From assembly GCA_016933575.1 (NCBI GenBank), contig JAFGAR010000040.1:64001-128000 (forward strand): a stretch of DNA of 64,000 nucleotides, written 5' to 3'. Each line of letters begins with the position of its first letter. Position 1 is the first letter of the stretch. Of the stretch, positions 9,495-19,207 are shown one piece after another. The translations under genes and the position numbers were made by a program. The DNA comes from Candidatus Thorarchaeota archaeon. GTDB lineage: Archaea > Asgardarchaeota > Thorarchaeia > Thorarchaeales > Thorarchaeaceae. Below the pieces are notes generated by a model. It did no database searches, was not told the origin of the DNA, and saw nothing but the letters and a program-made list of their open reading frames with translations.

Positions 9495-9965
9495 TTAAAA
9501 ATCGATAGCATAGATGATAGCGTCTTCGTCGTCGTAGTAACCTACGCTTCTATCGACAGCTATCATCCCTACCTTTTCATAGAGATGTCTAGCTCCTTTA
9601 TTGCTCTCTCTCACTTCGAGATCACAGGTCTCTATTCCTGATTGTTTCATATGTTTGAAAGCAAATTCTAGCAGAGAAAGTCCATTTCCTCTATTTCTTT
9701 GATCAGAAGCCACAGCAAGGTTCAAGATATGTGCGTGTTGGTATTCAGAACATTCATCCCATACAATATACCCAACGATTCTCTTCTCACTTGCTATTAC
9801 AATCATAAATACAGTAACAAATTCATCTACTTGGTAAATTCCTTTTTTCGAAATAATTTCGTGAAAGATATTCTGGCTCCATGGTGTCGAGAAGCAATTT
9901 CGTTCTAATGTCATAATATGACTAATATCGCTCAATATTGGTTGACGAAATCCATGGACTATCAT
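9495..9965 (-). CDS. rimI: RimI/Ard1-type N-acetyltransferase
   Basis: FSTPWS, HILNLAV..RNRGNG, LEVRESN.GA..LY, YYDDEDA. Confidence 0.85.
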   Translation of the reverse strand: MIVHGFRQPILSDISHIMTLERNCFSTPWSQNIFHEIISKKGIYQVDEFVTVFMIVIASEKRIVGYIVWDECSEYQHAHILNLAVASDQRNRGNGLSLLEFAFKHMKQSGIETCDLEVRESNKGARHLYEKVGMIAVDRSVGYYDDEDAIIYAIDF

Positions 9966-9984
9966 TTGTCAATGCCCCGTCATT

Positions 9985-10350
9985 CTATATATCATTGTCC
10001 AGTCCATCACCTTGGAGGATTATTTCTCCACAGTATGGACAGAAAGATGAATCATCTGGTATTGCTTCAAAGCAGTAATCGCATCTTCTTGAATATAGAA
10101 CCTGTTCGTTTCTACTTCTACTACAACTGATAAGCGGATAGAGCGCAAAAGATACGAATAATACTGTGAATAGTAAAATGAAAAGGAGACCGGATGGTTC
10201 AGAAGCACTAAAGAAGAAGAAAGGGAAGATATAGAATAGTCCTCCTTCTGTTGAAGAAGTCACAGCTATAATGAAGGCTCCCGATATCACAAGCAGAAAT
10301 CCCAAAATCAGAGTATTTTGTGAACCTTTCACAGGAGTCCAACTCCTCAT
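9985..10350 (-). CDS. Small membrane protein with a C-terminal zinc ribbon
   Basis: Hydrophobic segments followed by CDYC...FCPYCG. Confidence 0.7.
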   Translation of the reverse strand: MRSWTPVKGSQNTLILGFLLVISGAFIIAVTSSTEGGLFYIFPFFFFSASEPSGLLFILLFTVLFVSFALYPLISCSRSRNEQVLYSRRCDYCFEAIPDDSSFCPYCGEIILQGDGLDNDI

Positions 10351-10357
10351 TTGACTT

Positions 10358-10717
10358 CTACATCATTCCACGACTCTTCATCTGCTCTACGATACTGTGA
10401 TACTTCTGATTGTCACTAATCATATCATTGACTTGAGCCTCTAATGAATGCGAACCCGGCAAAACAAGGACTTCGATCTTTTTGTCAGGATATACCGATT
10501 CTAGTCTATTCCGAATTAAGACTCCAATCAAACCACCCATAGGACAATAGGGAACTGTGGGCTTGAACTGGACTTTGATCGTATCGCCTTCTATTTCGAT
10601 GTAGTCTTCTTGAACAATTGACATCTGTGGATCTGTAATTGATATTGGATGTTCTGGATCCATTACTGGTTCGAGTGCTTTGAAGACTTCTCCAATTGTT
10701 GCCAAATTAATCGCCAA
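10358..10717 (-). CDS. MIP18/CIA2 (FAM96)-like Fe-S cluster assembly protein, DUF59 family
   Basis: DPEHP, FKPTVPYCPMGGLIG, PGSH..EAQVN motifs. Confidence 0.8.
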   Translation of the reverse strand: MAINLATIGEVFKALEPVMDPEHPISITDPQMSIVQEDYIEIEGDTIKVQFKPTVPYCPMGGLIGVLIRNRLESVYPDKKIEVLVLPGSHSLEAQVNDMISDNQKYHSIVEQMKSRGMM

Positions 10718-10895
10718 GAAGATGCCCCTTTCAAGTCTGCTTAATAATCTATGGCTTCTACTATTTCATTGACCATTTTCTCTCGAAATAGATGGCTACA
10801 CAAGGTATATCTAGCAAAGCACTCCATTGAATTTTAATTCACTAAATAGAACTTAGACTAATTGGCTGGTTAGCTGCTCTGGAGATAAGGAAATC

Positions 10896-11351
10896 ATGGC
10901 TCCTGCAAAAAAGAAAACTACCACACCAAGAAAGAAGTATCTGTTTAAAATCACAGTTGTTGGACCTGATGATAGACTGTTGGAACAGGTTCTCTCTACC
11001 TTCGACCCCGTCGTTGCAGTTGATGGAATTCGAATAGGTTCAACTGAAGTCGATCTTGACTCGTCAGAGATACATGCAGTCTTTATGTCGCCCCGTCATT
11101 CAGCATTAGATATACTCCTGGCTCTCACATACAAAGGGGCAAGTGCAGCTATCATTGTTCTCAGAGAATCTGATCCTGAGATAGAAACTATCTACAGAAA
11201 TGAAATTCGTGAGAATCTAGGTTCAGGCATACCAACGCGTGTAGTAACAATAGGCAGCACTCTTGATGATTACAAGATTAATGAGATACAGCACACATTT
11301 GATGATGTCATCTCTGAGATACTGGCAATGAAAACAAAAAAGGGGTCATAG
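10896..11351 (+). CDS. Degenerate Rab/Ras-like small GTPase-fold protein (pseudo-GTPase)
   Basis: YLFKITVVG and YKGASAAIIV are Rab-like; GKS/T, DxxG and NKxD are absent. Confidence 0.55.
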   Translation: MAPAKKKTTTPRKKYLFKITVVGPDDRLLEQVLSTFDPVVAVDGIRIGSTEVDLDSSEIHAVFMSPRHSALDILLALTYKGASAAIIVLRESDPEIETIYRNEIRENLGSGIPTRVVTIGSTLDDYKINEIQHTFDDVISEILAMKTKKGS

Positions 11352-11399
11352 TACAAACCTTTTTTTCAATTCCAAACTCCAAAAACTCGGTGTTCTACA

Positions 11400-12491
11400 G
11401 TGAGTTCTGAAAATCCCGAAAATAAGAAACCCGATGAATATTGGATGGGCGTACGAGATGCGCTGAGAATGGTTGATAGTTTCAATAAATGGGCACAACG
11501 CAATCCTGGTAGAGCAAAGAGTCTCGAGGATTTCATACATGATGGACTCATTGCAGCAGCTAAGCGGTGTGAATCATGCCTCCGTGAGAAACTTGGTCTA
11601 AGTTTTGTTGAGGATTCAGATGATGTGGAAGAAGTTACCATACCCGTTGAATCTAGCACCTTTATGGGAGAAGAAGAAATTATACCTGAGTTCGAATCTA
11701 CTCCTGAGATTGAATTTAGCCATTCATCCGAGGATATTCCTGAACCCCCTGATGAAGTATCTGTACCTCTGGAAAGTTCTGTATCTGTATCAGAAGCTGA
11801 GTCACCTATTGATTATGAAGATGAATTGGTTTCTCTTGATAATGTTGGAAGACTAGAAGATGATTCTATGAACGATCTAGATATAACAGGTCCTCCACGT
11901 GATTTCACGAGTGATTTTAGACTTGTAGAACCTAAACCTCTGGTAGTAGATGAAGAAGAACCAGAAACACAGACTCTCCATCAAATAGAAACCCCTGATG
12001 ATATTCTGTTAGATGAATCTGATGACCTTGATGAATCCGAGGAATTTCTTGATGAAGTGACACGCGATAACCTCGAAGAAGAAACAACATCCGAAGTAGA
12101 ACCTGAAGAAAGTCATGAAAAAACTTCGTTTACATGGTCCGATTATGAGGCTGCTGTGACACCAGTAGTAGAACCTGAACCTGCGGATGTTGAGGAAGAG
12201 GAACCAAGTCTTGAAGAGGAAGCATTTCATGAATCACCAGAAACTACAGAAGATTCTGAATCTACAGAACCACCCAAGGTCTGGACTCCCTATGACGAAC
12301 CATCTCTCCCTGAAGAAGATGTCTTTGAGGATGAGGATGATCTCCAAGATGCAGAAGTAGCTGAAAATGATGAATCTGATAGCTCTTCAGAGCCAATCAT
12401 TGAACCTCCAGCACCTCCGCCACCCCCGGAGAGCGAGGAAGATGAGGAAGAACGCCGCCGACGGGCTCGAAGGCTATTCTTTGGAGCTTAG
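11400..12491 (+). CDS. Highly acidic, largely disordered protein with an N-terminal CxxC helical domain and a poly-Pro/basic C-terminus
   Basis: E/D/P/S-rich; CESC; ends PPAPPPPPESEEDEEERRRRARRLFFGA. Confidence 0.75.
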   Translation: MSSENPENKKPDEYWMGVRDALRMVDSFNKWAQRNPGRAKSLEDFIHDGLIAAAKRCESCLREKLGLSFVEDSDDVEEVTIPVESSTFMGEEEIIPEFESTPEIEFSHSSEDIPEPPDEVSVPLESSVSVSEAESPIDYEDELVSLDNVGRLEDDSMNDLDITGPPRDFTSDFRLVEPKPLVVDEEEPETQTLHQIETPDDILLDESDDLDESEEFLDEVTRDNLEEETTSEVEPEESHEKTSFTWSDYEAAVTPVVEPEPADVEEEEPSLEEEAFHESPETTEDSESTEPPKVWTPYDEPSLPEEDVFEDEDDLQDAEVAENDESDSSSEPIIEPPAPPPPPESEEDEEERRRRARRLFFGA

Positions 12492-13519
12492 TCTGGTTGT
12501 CCTAAAATTTCCTCGTAGAACTGAATGGCACTCTCGGGAGTACTAGCTCCCTTTATTATTGCACTACCTGTAGGCATTAGAGTGATCTTTTCTCCTGAAG
12601 GCTTTTCAACTATCAAATATCGTTTCGCCAATTTGTGGGAGTATGATTTCTTCAGCTTAGTTGATATCTGCTTGAGGTCAATTGACAATATAGTATGTGG
12701 CGAGATATTGTAGCTTTCAGAGCATAGATGGGTGATTACAAGATCTTGCTGTTCCTCTTCTACTGTACCAACTGGTTTTGAACACACAGGACAATCACTC
12801 ACTTTCCCTACGTCAAAGAAATCGAAACTGAGAAACGACGAGTCAATTGTCATCAGTCGATTTGCTAGTTGAGTCTGATGCCCTGTAGCTAAAAGAATTG
12901 CTTCATTGACCTCTATAGAAGATGCCAGATGCAGAAGGACCGGAGAAACGCCTACTCGTGCGCAGGTATTTTCTGGATTGTCATCTGCGTTTCCCATTAC
13001 ACACTGCAAGCACCCAGTCTGTCCAGGGATGAAAGTCGAAAGGTTAGCATAGTGCTCGATAGCACCAGCAAATATGTAGGGAATATCCAGTTCAAGACTT
13101 GCTCTATTCACTGCTCTGCGTGTTCTAAAAGAGTCCAATCCATCCAGAATTATATCAGACCCACGTAAAAGGTCGCTTGCATTTCCTTCTCCTATTGAGA
13201 TGACCCTGGGTTCAAATTTCACCTCAGGATTCATAGCAGCAAGGTTTGTTGCTGCAATCTCTGCTTTTGGTTTACCAATATCTTCTGTGTTGTAGACAGT
13301 CTGTCTTTGGATATTCGATAATTCCACCACATCTCTGTCAATAATTCGAATGGTTCCAAAACCAATTGCTGTGAGAAGGCGTAGTGCAGGACTTCCAAGG
13401 CCTCCAGCACCTACTACTGCCACAGTTGTTTTTATAATTGACTCCATATCGTTTTCACTGAAGTCCCTTAGAGCCAACATTCGGGAGTATCGCTCCCTTT
13501 GATTCTTTGTTAGTGTCAT
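12488..13519 (-). CDS. ThiF/MoeB (E1-like) adenylyltransferase
   Basis: RYSR, VVGAGGLG, DRDVVELSNIQRQ, two CxxC motifs, catalytic TC. Confidence 0.9.
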   Translation of the reverse strand: MTLTKNQRERYSRMLALRDFSENDMESIIKTTVAVVGAGGLGSPALRLLTAIGFGTIRIIDRDVVELSNIQRQTVYNTEDIGKPKAEIAATNLAAMNPEVKFEPRVISIGEGNASDLLRGSDIILDGLDSFRTRRAVNRASLELDIPYIFAGAIEHYANLSTFIPGQTGCLQCVMGNADDNPENTCARVGVSPVLLHLASSIEVNEAILLATGHQTQLANRLMTIDSSFLSFDFFDVGKVSDCPVCSKPVGTVEEEQQDLVITHLCSESYNISPHTILSIDLKQISTKLKKSYSHKLAKRYLIVEKPSGEKITLMPTGSAIIKGASTPESAIQFYEEILGQPD

Positions 13520-13579
13520 CCCACGATAAATAGACACAATGCACTCACTTAAAGCCTTGGACATCATCATCCCCTAGAT

Positions 13580-14404
13580 ATGGAGTACACATCAGAGGTT
13601 GCTATAGGACTTCGTAAAACTGTGAGTGAATCTTTGGATGCAGCTCTTTCAAAGCTCTCCAAAAGACTAGATATTCCAACGTCAATCTCACAAGTCCTAA
13701 TCAAGCCATCAATCTATGATCCTACCCTCGTCGGAAATACCGACGTCAATCTGGTAAGAGCTGTCATTAGCAAGTTCACTAACCTCGGACCCGTGTTTGT
13801 TGTAGAGAGTGATAATCCTGTTAGGACAACACATTTTGCTTTTGAAAAATGCGGATACACATCCTTGGTCTCAGCAGATGTATCATTAGTCAACCTATCC
13901 GAAATACCGACCTCGAGTGTCAAGATGCCTGGTTATTGTTTCAATGAACACGAAATGCCTACACTGCTATCTCAATCGAACTTCTTCATCAACATTCCCA
14001 CAGTAAAACTTGAACCCAATATCTGTACTATAGGTGGTGGCGTTAAGAATCTCTTTGGTCTTCTTCCAGAGAAAGACAAACGTCATTATCACTCCAATAT
14101 AGATACAGTCCTACTTGATCTTCTATCGGTATACCAACCGCATCTCACAATCGTTGACATGTCAACTCTGGTGATCGGAGACCGAGAAAATGCGAAGACC
14201 AAACACATCGGTGCTGTCATTGTGGGAACCGATTCAATAGCTGTAGATTCTTTTTGTGCTAGTTTAATGGATATAGATCCACTGAAGATTGCACACCTAA
14301 AACGTGCGTATGAACTTGGTCTTGGTGAGGCAATTTTAGATAGAATACGAATAAGTGGTACAGAAACGCAAATTGAACGATTATTCGAGCTTTGCAGAGT
14401 TTGA
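13580..14404 (+). CDS. DUF362 family protein
   Basis: LIKP, VVES, NIPTVK, GGVKNLFG, D.IAVD, HLK.A.E.GLG. Confidence 0.8.
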   Translation: MEYTSEVAIGLRKTVSESLDAALSKLSKRLDIPTSISQVLIKPSIYDPTLVGNTDVNLVRAVISKFTNLGPVFVVESDNPVRTTHFAFEKCGYTSLVSADVSLVNLSEIPTSSVKMPGYCFNEHEMPTLLSQSNFFINIPTVKLEPNICTIGGGVKNLFGLLPEKDKRHYHSNIDTVLLDLLSVYQPHLTIVDMSTLVIGDRENAKTKHIGAVIVGTDSIAVDSFCASLMDIDPLKIAHLKRAYELGLGEAILDRIRISGTETQIERLFELCRV

Positions 14405-14497
14405 CAGAACGGAATGCATTTATTTAGATAAATATAACCAGCGAAATTGCAGCGTAGATTAATGAATCTATTCTGGTCATCAATGGTCGTGTCTTAT

Positions 14498-15664
14498 ATG
14501 GACTGGACATCTCATACGATGGAGCGAATACCCGAATCTGGCACTTTACGGATGTTTGACCTGGCTAAGAAGCTAGAACGAAACGGGAAAAAGATCTATC
14601 ATTTTGAAGTTGGTCAACCTGATTATCCCACTCCTGATAATATTGCAAAAGCAGGCATAGAGGCTATCACGAAAGGCTTCACTAGGTATACTCCTGCTAG
14701 AGGTATTCCCCCCCTTCTCGATGCAATAGAAGACTCCTATAAATCACGAAATATCGATATTGATGGTTCAAAACATGTCATCGTAACGCCTGGTGCAAAG
14801 ATGGCACTGTTCCAGGGATTTCTAAGTAGCCTTGATGCAGGCGATGATGTTCTTCTTCTTGCTCCAGCTTGGCCAACTTATCGAGTAATGATACGCACAG
14901 TGAATGCAAAACCAGTTGATGTGTGTATGAAACCTGACCATACTCTCAATGAAGAAGCACTGAAGCATGCTATTGCTCGCACTGTTAGTGCTCTGATTAT
15001 TAATACTCCAAATAATCCTTCTGGAGGCGTTCTAACTAAAGAGGACATGAAGGTCATTCACGATTTGGCAATGGATCATGATTTTGTTGTTTTCTCTGAT
15101 GAGATCTATGAGATGCTGGTCTATGAAGGTTTCAAACAGACATCTATGCTCGAAGTCGATCCTAATCTGGAACGTTCCCTCATAATCAATGGTTTTAGCA
15201 AGACATATGCAATGACTGGCTGGAGACTTGGATATGCTATAGGAAATGAGGAGACCATCTCAAATATGGTTAGAATTCAACAAAACACAACCTCTTGTGC
15301 TACTTCCTTTGTCCAATATGCTGGTGTTGAGGCTCTCACTGGTGATCAGAGTTCAATTGAGAGAATGGTCCAAGAATACCAGAAGCGCCGCGATGAGATT
15401 ACTCGCCTCTTTAATAATATTGAAGGTGTTGGATGCATTAATCCCATGGGTGCATTCTATGTATTTCCTGACTTCTCTGAATATGGTCTAAGTAGTACAA
15501 CGCTTGCTGAGCTGATACTCAAGAAGATCGGTGTTTGTACGACTCCTGGAGTTGCATTTGGAGCGAAGTACGACAATTTCCTGAGGTTTTCATATGCTAC
15601 ATCTCTTCCTGAGATACGAGAGGGGATGGAGAAATTAGCAGAATTCCTGCCTACGCTCTTATAA
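14498..15664 (+). CDS. Class I PLP-dependent (aspartate-type) aminotransferase
   Basis: GQPD, NTPNNPSG, SDEIY, SKTYAMTGWRLG. Confidence 0.93.
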   Translation: MDWTSHTMERIPESGTLRMFDLAKKLERNGKKIYHFEVGQPDYPTPDNIAKAGIEAITKGFTRYTPARGIPPLLDAIEDSYKSRNIDIDGSKHVIVTPGAKMALFQGFLSSLDAGDDVLLLAPAWPTYRVMIRTVNAKPVDVCMKPDHTLNEEALKHAIARTVSALIINTPNNPSGGVLTKEDMKVIHDLAMDHDFVVFSDEIYEMLVYEGFKQTSMLEVDPNLERSLIINGFSKTYAMTGWRLGYAIGNEETISNMVRIQQNTTSCATSFVQYAGVEALTGDQSSIERMVQEYQKRRDEITRLFNNIEGVGCINPMGAFYVFPDFSEYGLSSTTLAELILKKIGVCTTPGVAFGAKYDNFLRFSYATSLPEIREGMEKLAEFLPTLL

Positions 15665-15715
15665 GCTAAAAGTTGTTTAAATTACTCACTAATAATAGAG
15701 CTCGAGTAATTTCAA

Positions 15716-16309
15716 ATGACACGTAAAAAAGGGAAGAACTTAGTAGAAGAAAAACCCCCTCATTTTGAGTGCACAAAATGTGGGACCTGTTGTCGTGATG
15801 ATTCAATTCTAATAACAGTCACGGGAGGTGATATCAAGAATATTTCATCTGTTTTGGATCTAAGTCCCGAGGAAATCCTTCGAGCACTCGACTTCTATAT
15901 TACCTCAGATGACAGACCAGCTCCCCTTGGTCTAAAGGATATTCCCTCTCCAATCACTGAACGTGGCAAGGCATTGATTGCTCTTAGAAAGATGGAGAAT
16001 GGGGAATGTATCTTCCTCAAGGATGACCTCTGCATGATTCACACATTTCGTCCAGTGGTATGTCAGTCTTTTCCATTTGTGTTTTCTATAAAGGGTGGTG
16101 AGATAATGTGGGGGCTAAGTGCAAAGAAAGAAATCTGTCCCGGGCTTGGAACTGGTCCACTTGTTTCTGTTGATGAACTTGGTAGTCTTGCAGAATTGGT
16201 ACTAAGAGAGATAGGCAATTATCACGTATTTGTAGATGAATGGAACCAGAATGGAGGAGGGTCTACACTCAACCTCATTCGTACTATTCTCTCTGATGCG
16301 CGTTTCTAA
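15716..16309 (+). CDS. YkgJ-family (CxxCxxCC) cysteine-cluster protein
   Basis: CTKCGTCC, CIFL..DLCMIH..RP.VC..FPF, CPG. Confidence 0.88.
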   Translation: MTRKKGKNLVEEKPPHFECTKCGTCCRDDSILITVTGGDIKNISSVLDLSPEEILRALDFYITSDDRPAPLGLKDIPSPITERGKALIALRKMENGECIFLKDDLCMIHTFRPVVCQSFPFVFSIKGGEIMWGLSAKKEICPGLGTGPLVSVDELGSLAELVLREIGNYHVFVDEWNQNGGGSTLNLIRTILSDARF

Positions 16310-16312
16310 ATT

Positions 16313-17272
16313 CTACAGTTTTGTCAAGATTTGTAGAATATTCCCAAAATTATGCTCAACTGTTCTACTCTTCTCAGCATATCCAGAAAGTACTTTCAAT
16401 CGATCATCATTCTTTTCCATTTCCATAAACCGGTCAGAACGTATCTCATCATGAATGCTCTTATTGAGACTAAGAATCTCATCTGACGACCTGAGGATAT
16501 ATTGAAGCATCTTGATTAGCAGGTTGAAGTCATTGATATCTCTAAGTTGTAACGTTTGACTATAGAATTGAAATTCCATCCTTGCCAATCGTTCACGCAT
16601 TCTGATGAGATTGAGGACCCATGATTGAGCTTCGTCATCTTCCAATTTTTGATGAAGGTCTGACCAATAGTGCTGTTGTTCTAATAGCTGTACAAGATAG
16701 TTCTGCAGAAAGAGGAAATGGTCCACTCCATTCTCAATGTCATCTTCTGTTCCGATTGGTTTCATCATAGAGTCCATTTGACTATGCTTTACAGCAATTT
16801 TGAGTGAGAATTTGTCAACATATCGTTTGATCTCATCGGTCTTCTCTCTTTTTGTCATGAGGTCTGCGAAAGTGTCACCAAGAGTCAGGATGAATTTGTA
16901 AAGACACTCGGAACAAATCTCAGCATTTGCAGTTGCTTCTTTTGTTGATAGAAATTGAAGTGCATCTTCTAGGTCGTCCGCTGGTACATCTTTTCCATGA
17001 ATTCTAAGAACCCAACCCTGAGAAATGCAATACACCTTGTTATCGGGGTAATTGATGAAGATGGAAGCATAACATACATTTCCCTCCGATGCTTGTTCTT
17101 CCTCCATACTCTCCTTATCGCGGTGAAAACCAAATATGGATGGGTCTATCTCAATGGCTTCAATCTCAAGAACACTATCATCATTGACACAGAGTTTCTC
17201 ATCTCCAAATACCTTGTAACATGGACACCCTCTGACCATTTTAATTGAAGATGATTCTTGATCGCTTAACAC
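16313..17272 (-). CDS. Hypothetical Cys-rich protein, paralog A
   Basis: GCPCYK, CY, YCISQG, ICSECLYK shared with the adjacent gene. Confidence 0.8.
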   Translation of the reverse strand: MLSDQESSSIKMVRGCPCYKVFGDEKLCVNDDSVLEIEAIEIDPSIFGFHRDKESMEEEQASEGNVCYASIFINYPDNKVYCISQGWVLRIHGKDVPADDLEDALQFLSTKEATANAEICSECLYKFILTLGDTFADLMTKREKTDEIKRYVDKFSLKIAVKHSQMDSMMKPIGTEDDIENGVDHFLFLQNYLVQLLEQQHYWSDLHQKLEDDEAQSWVLNLIRMRERLARMEFQFYSQTLQLRDINDFNLLIKMLQYILRSSDEILSLNKSIHDEIRSDRFMEMEKNDDRLKVLSGYAEKSRTVEHNFGNILQILTKL

Positions 17273-17357
17273 ATTGCTCTGCTCCAGACGATAATATTCC
17301 GATTGTTAGCTCTTTTTCTACTCTAAAAAGATATTTCTAGTTGGCATTTAGGAGTTC

Positions 17358-18278
17358 TTATACGGTGTGTTGATCGATTTCAGTTAACACTCTCACAAGA
17401 TTACTAAATCTGTATTCCGTCCTCTTCCTTTTTTCAGAATGCGTGTGCAATTTCTCCTGTAAGTCTTTACTCAGAATATTGCGTTCCATCAGGTCATAGG
17501 TCTTCTCTCTGATCAGATCGCTTAGTTGTATTACTCTCTCAGACACCCCAACCATGAATCTGAGTGCCTCCAGCGCATCAATCTCCTGTGGCGGATTTTC
17601 CAACTCTAGTACCTGCGATAAGAAAATGACCTCAAGTCTGTAGAACTCTCTGTAGCAATCAACAAGTTCTATTAAAGCAATATCAGCTTGTGACTTCTTT
17701 AGTTTTAGCGTTAAAGCCGCCCATTGAGACCGAGTGGAGTTGATTCGTTTGATATGTCTCTTCATAGCTTTGGCATAATCGCTAATTGATTCACCTTTCA
17801 CTGAGTAATTAACTATCTCAGCTGCCATTTTCATAGAAACCTCTTTCACGTAGGTTGTGACTATTTCACCTCTTTCCGTATCTGTCAGGAATCCCTCTGA
17901 TGCCTCTCCAAGTGTTCGCAGATATTTATACAGACACTCTGAACAGATTATACCATCACTACTCTTCTCTGTGGATGTTACGAATTGTAGGGCACTATCA
18001 ACCTCTGAAGATTTGACGTCCTTGTCATTGATTCTTATCCTCTTGCCTTGACTCACACAATAACAATAGCCCTCGTTTCTATCAAGGTAGATTAGAAGAT
18101 AGCACATATTCTCATTGTTACTCTTATGCTCTAGGAGTTCTTCAATTGTATTAATTTGTTCGAAAAATGAAGGATCTACTGAGATTGCTCTGATTGGAAG
18201 AACATCATCGTTATTTAGGCACACTTTCTCTTTTTCTTCTATTCCAAATTCCTTGTAGCACGGACATCCCTTGACCAA
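17358..18278 (-). CDS. Hypothetical Cys-rich protein, paralog B (start may lie further upstream)
   Basis: Same motifs as 16313..17272. Confidence 0.8.
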   Translation of the reverse strand: MVKGCPCYKEFGIEEKEKVCLNNDDVLPIRAISVDPSFFEQINTIEELLEHKSNNENMCYLLIYLDRNEGYCYCVSQGKRIRINDKDVKSSEVDSALQFVTSTEKSSDGIICSECLYKYLRTLGEASEGFLTDTERGEIVTTYVKEVSMKMAAEIVNYSVKGESISDYAKAMKRHIKRINSTRSQWAALTLKLKKSQADIALIELVDCYREFYRLEVIFLSQVLELENPPQEIDALEALRFMVGVSERVIQLSDLIREKTYDLMERNILSKDLQEKLHTHSEKRKRTEYRFSNLVRVLTEIDQHTV

Positions 18279-18538
18279 GCATGTTGATGTCTGATTGGAG
18301 TCAACTGGATTTGAATCAAGATCAATTCCAGAGGCCTCATGCTTAATCTGTTACACGCTCCTTTGAGGGGGAATCCTCAGTATTAGATATAACCTAATAT
18401 GAATAGATATCAAGGTTTCTTATATGGACATCTAGCGTATCACTCGACGCGCCAAAGACAGGCCTCTTACCTTCTATACACTTTTCAATCATTCTCGCAT
18501 GTCGAAATAGTGTACTATCTGCTTGATTTTGAGATTGA

Positions 18539-18679
18539 TTATCCCCAGAGCTCTCGTTTGAGTAGATCTCGAATCGCTATTCTGATTGCCTCTGACCTGT
18601 TTGGGTAGAGATTGTTTTCAACCAAGCGTTCAAGTCCCTCGACGTATTGTTCAGGAATATGCAATGTTACTAGCTTCAT
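18539..18679 (-). CDS. Ribbon-helix-helix (CopG/CdrS-like) transcription regulator, 46 aa
   Basis: MKLVTLHIP...YPNRSEAIRIAIRDLL; SD AGGAG before ATG 18679. Confidence 0.85.
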   Translation of the reverse strand: MKLVTLHIPEQYVEGLERLVENNLYPNRSEAIRIAIRDLLKRELWG

Positions 18680-18802
18680 GATGAGTAATCTCCTGATAGG
18701 GTTCTGTGTCATACATGAATATGGTTGTGAGTAATACTCGCTTGGCACTAGAATTCAGAAGTTTGATATTGATTCAAAATAATAATTGAATGAGGTAGAG
18801 TA

Positions 18803-19096
18803 TTGAGCGATTGGGAAGAACGAAGACGAAAATCGTGGGGATATTATGTATGCCTTCTCATATTAATCTGGCCTGTTTTTTTGATACCAGTGAATCTATT
18901 TCTTGCTATTCTGTATTTAGAATTTGATTATCTAATTCTCTCCTTCATGTACGCAATACTAGTAATTGGACTTGTTCTTGGTTTTGGCGCAAGATATCGC
19001 TATCGAGGGATAAATCCTGCATCAAGGAATCCAATCAATGTGGGTGATGGCCACTATTTTGAAAGAATAGGTGCAGATGAGTCAGAGTACCCATAA
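18803..19096 (+). CDS. Small two-TM membrane protein
   Basis: Two hydrophobic segments; SD GAGGT. Confidence 0.6.
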   Translation: MSDWEERRRKSWGYYVCLLILIWPVFLIPVNLFLAILYLEFDYLILSFMYAILVIGLVLGFGARYRYRGINPASRNPINVGDGHYFERIGADESEYP

Positions 19097-19207
19097 TACT
19101 TCTAGCAACCTGCTAAGGTATTTGAAACTAATTTGGCCGTCAGGATAGAAGTTATATGACTGAGGAATTGAACCCCGACCTGTGCCCAACCATAGGTCGT
19201 GTACAAA

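Noticed and set aside
12488-13519. Eukaryote-like ubiquitin E1 system
   Set aside because: Ordinary ThiF/MoeB architecture; no ubiquitin, E2, RING or JAB genes adjacent
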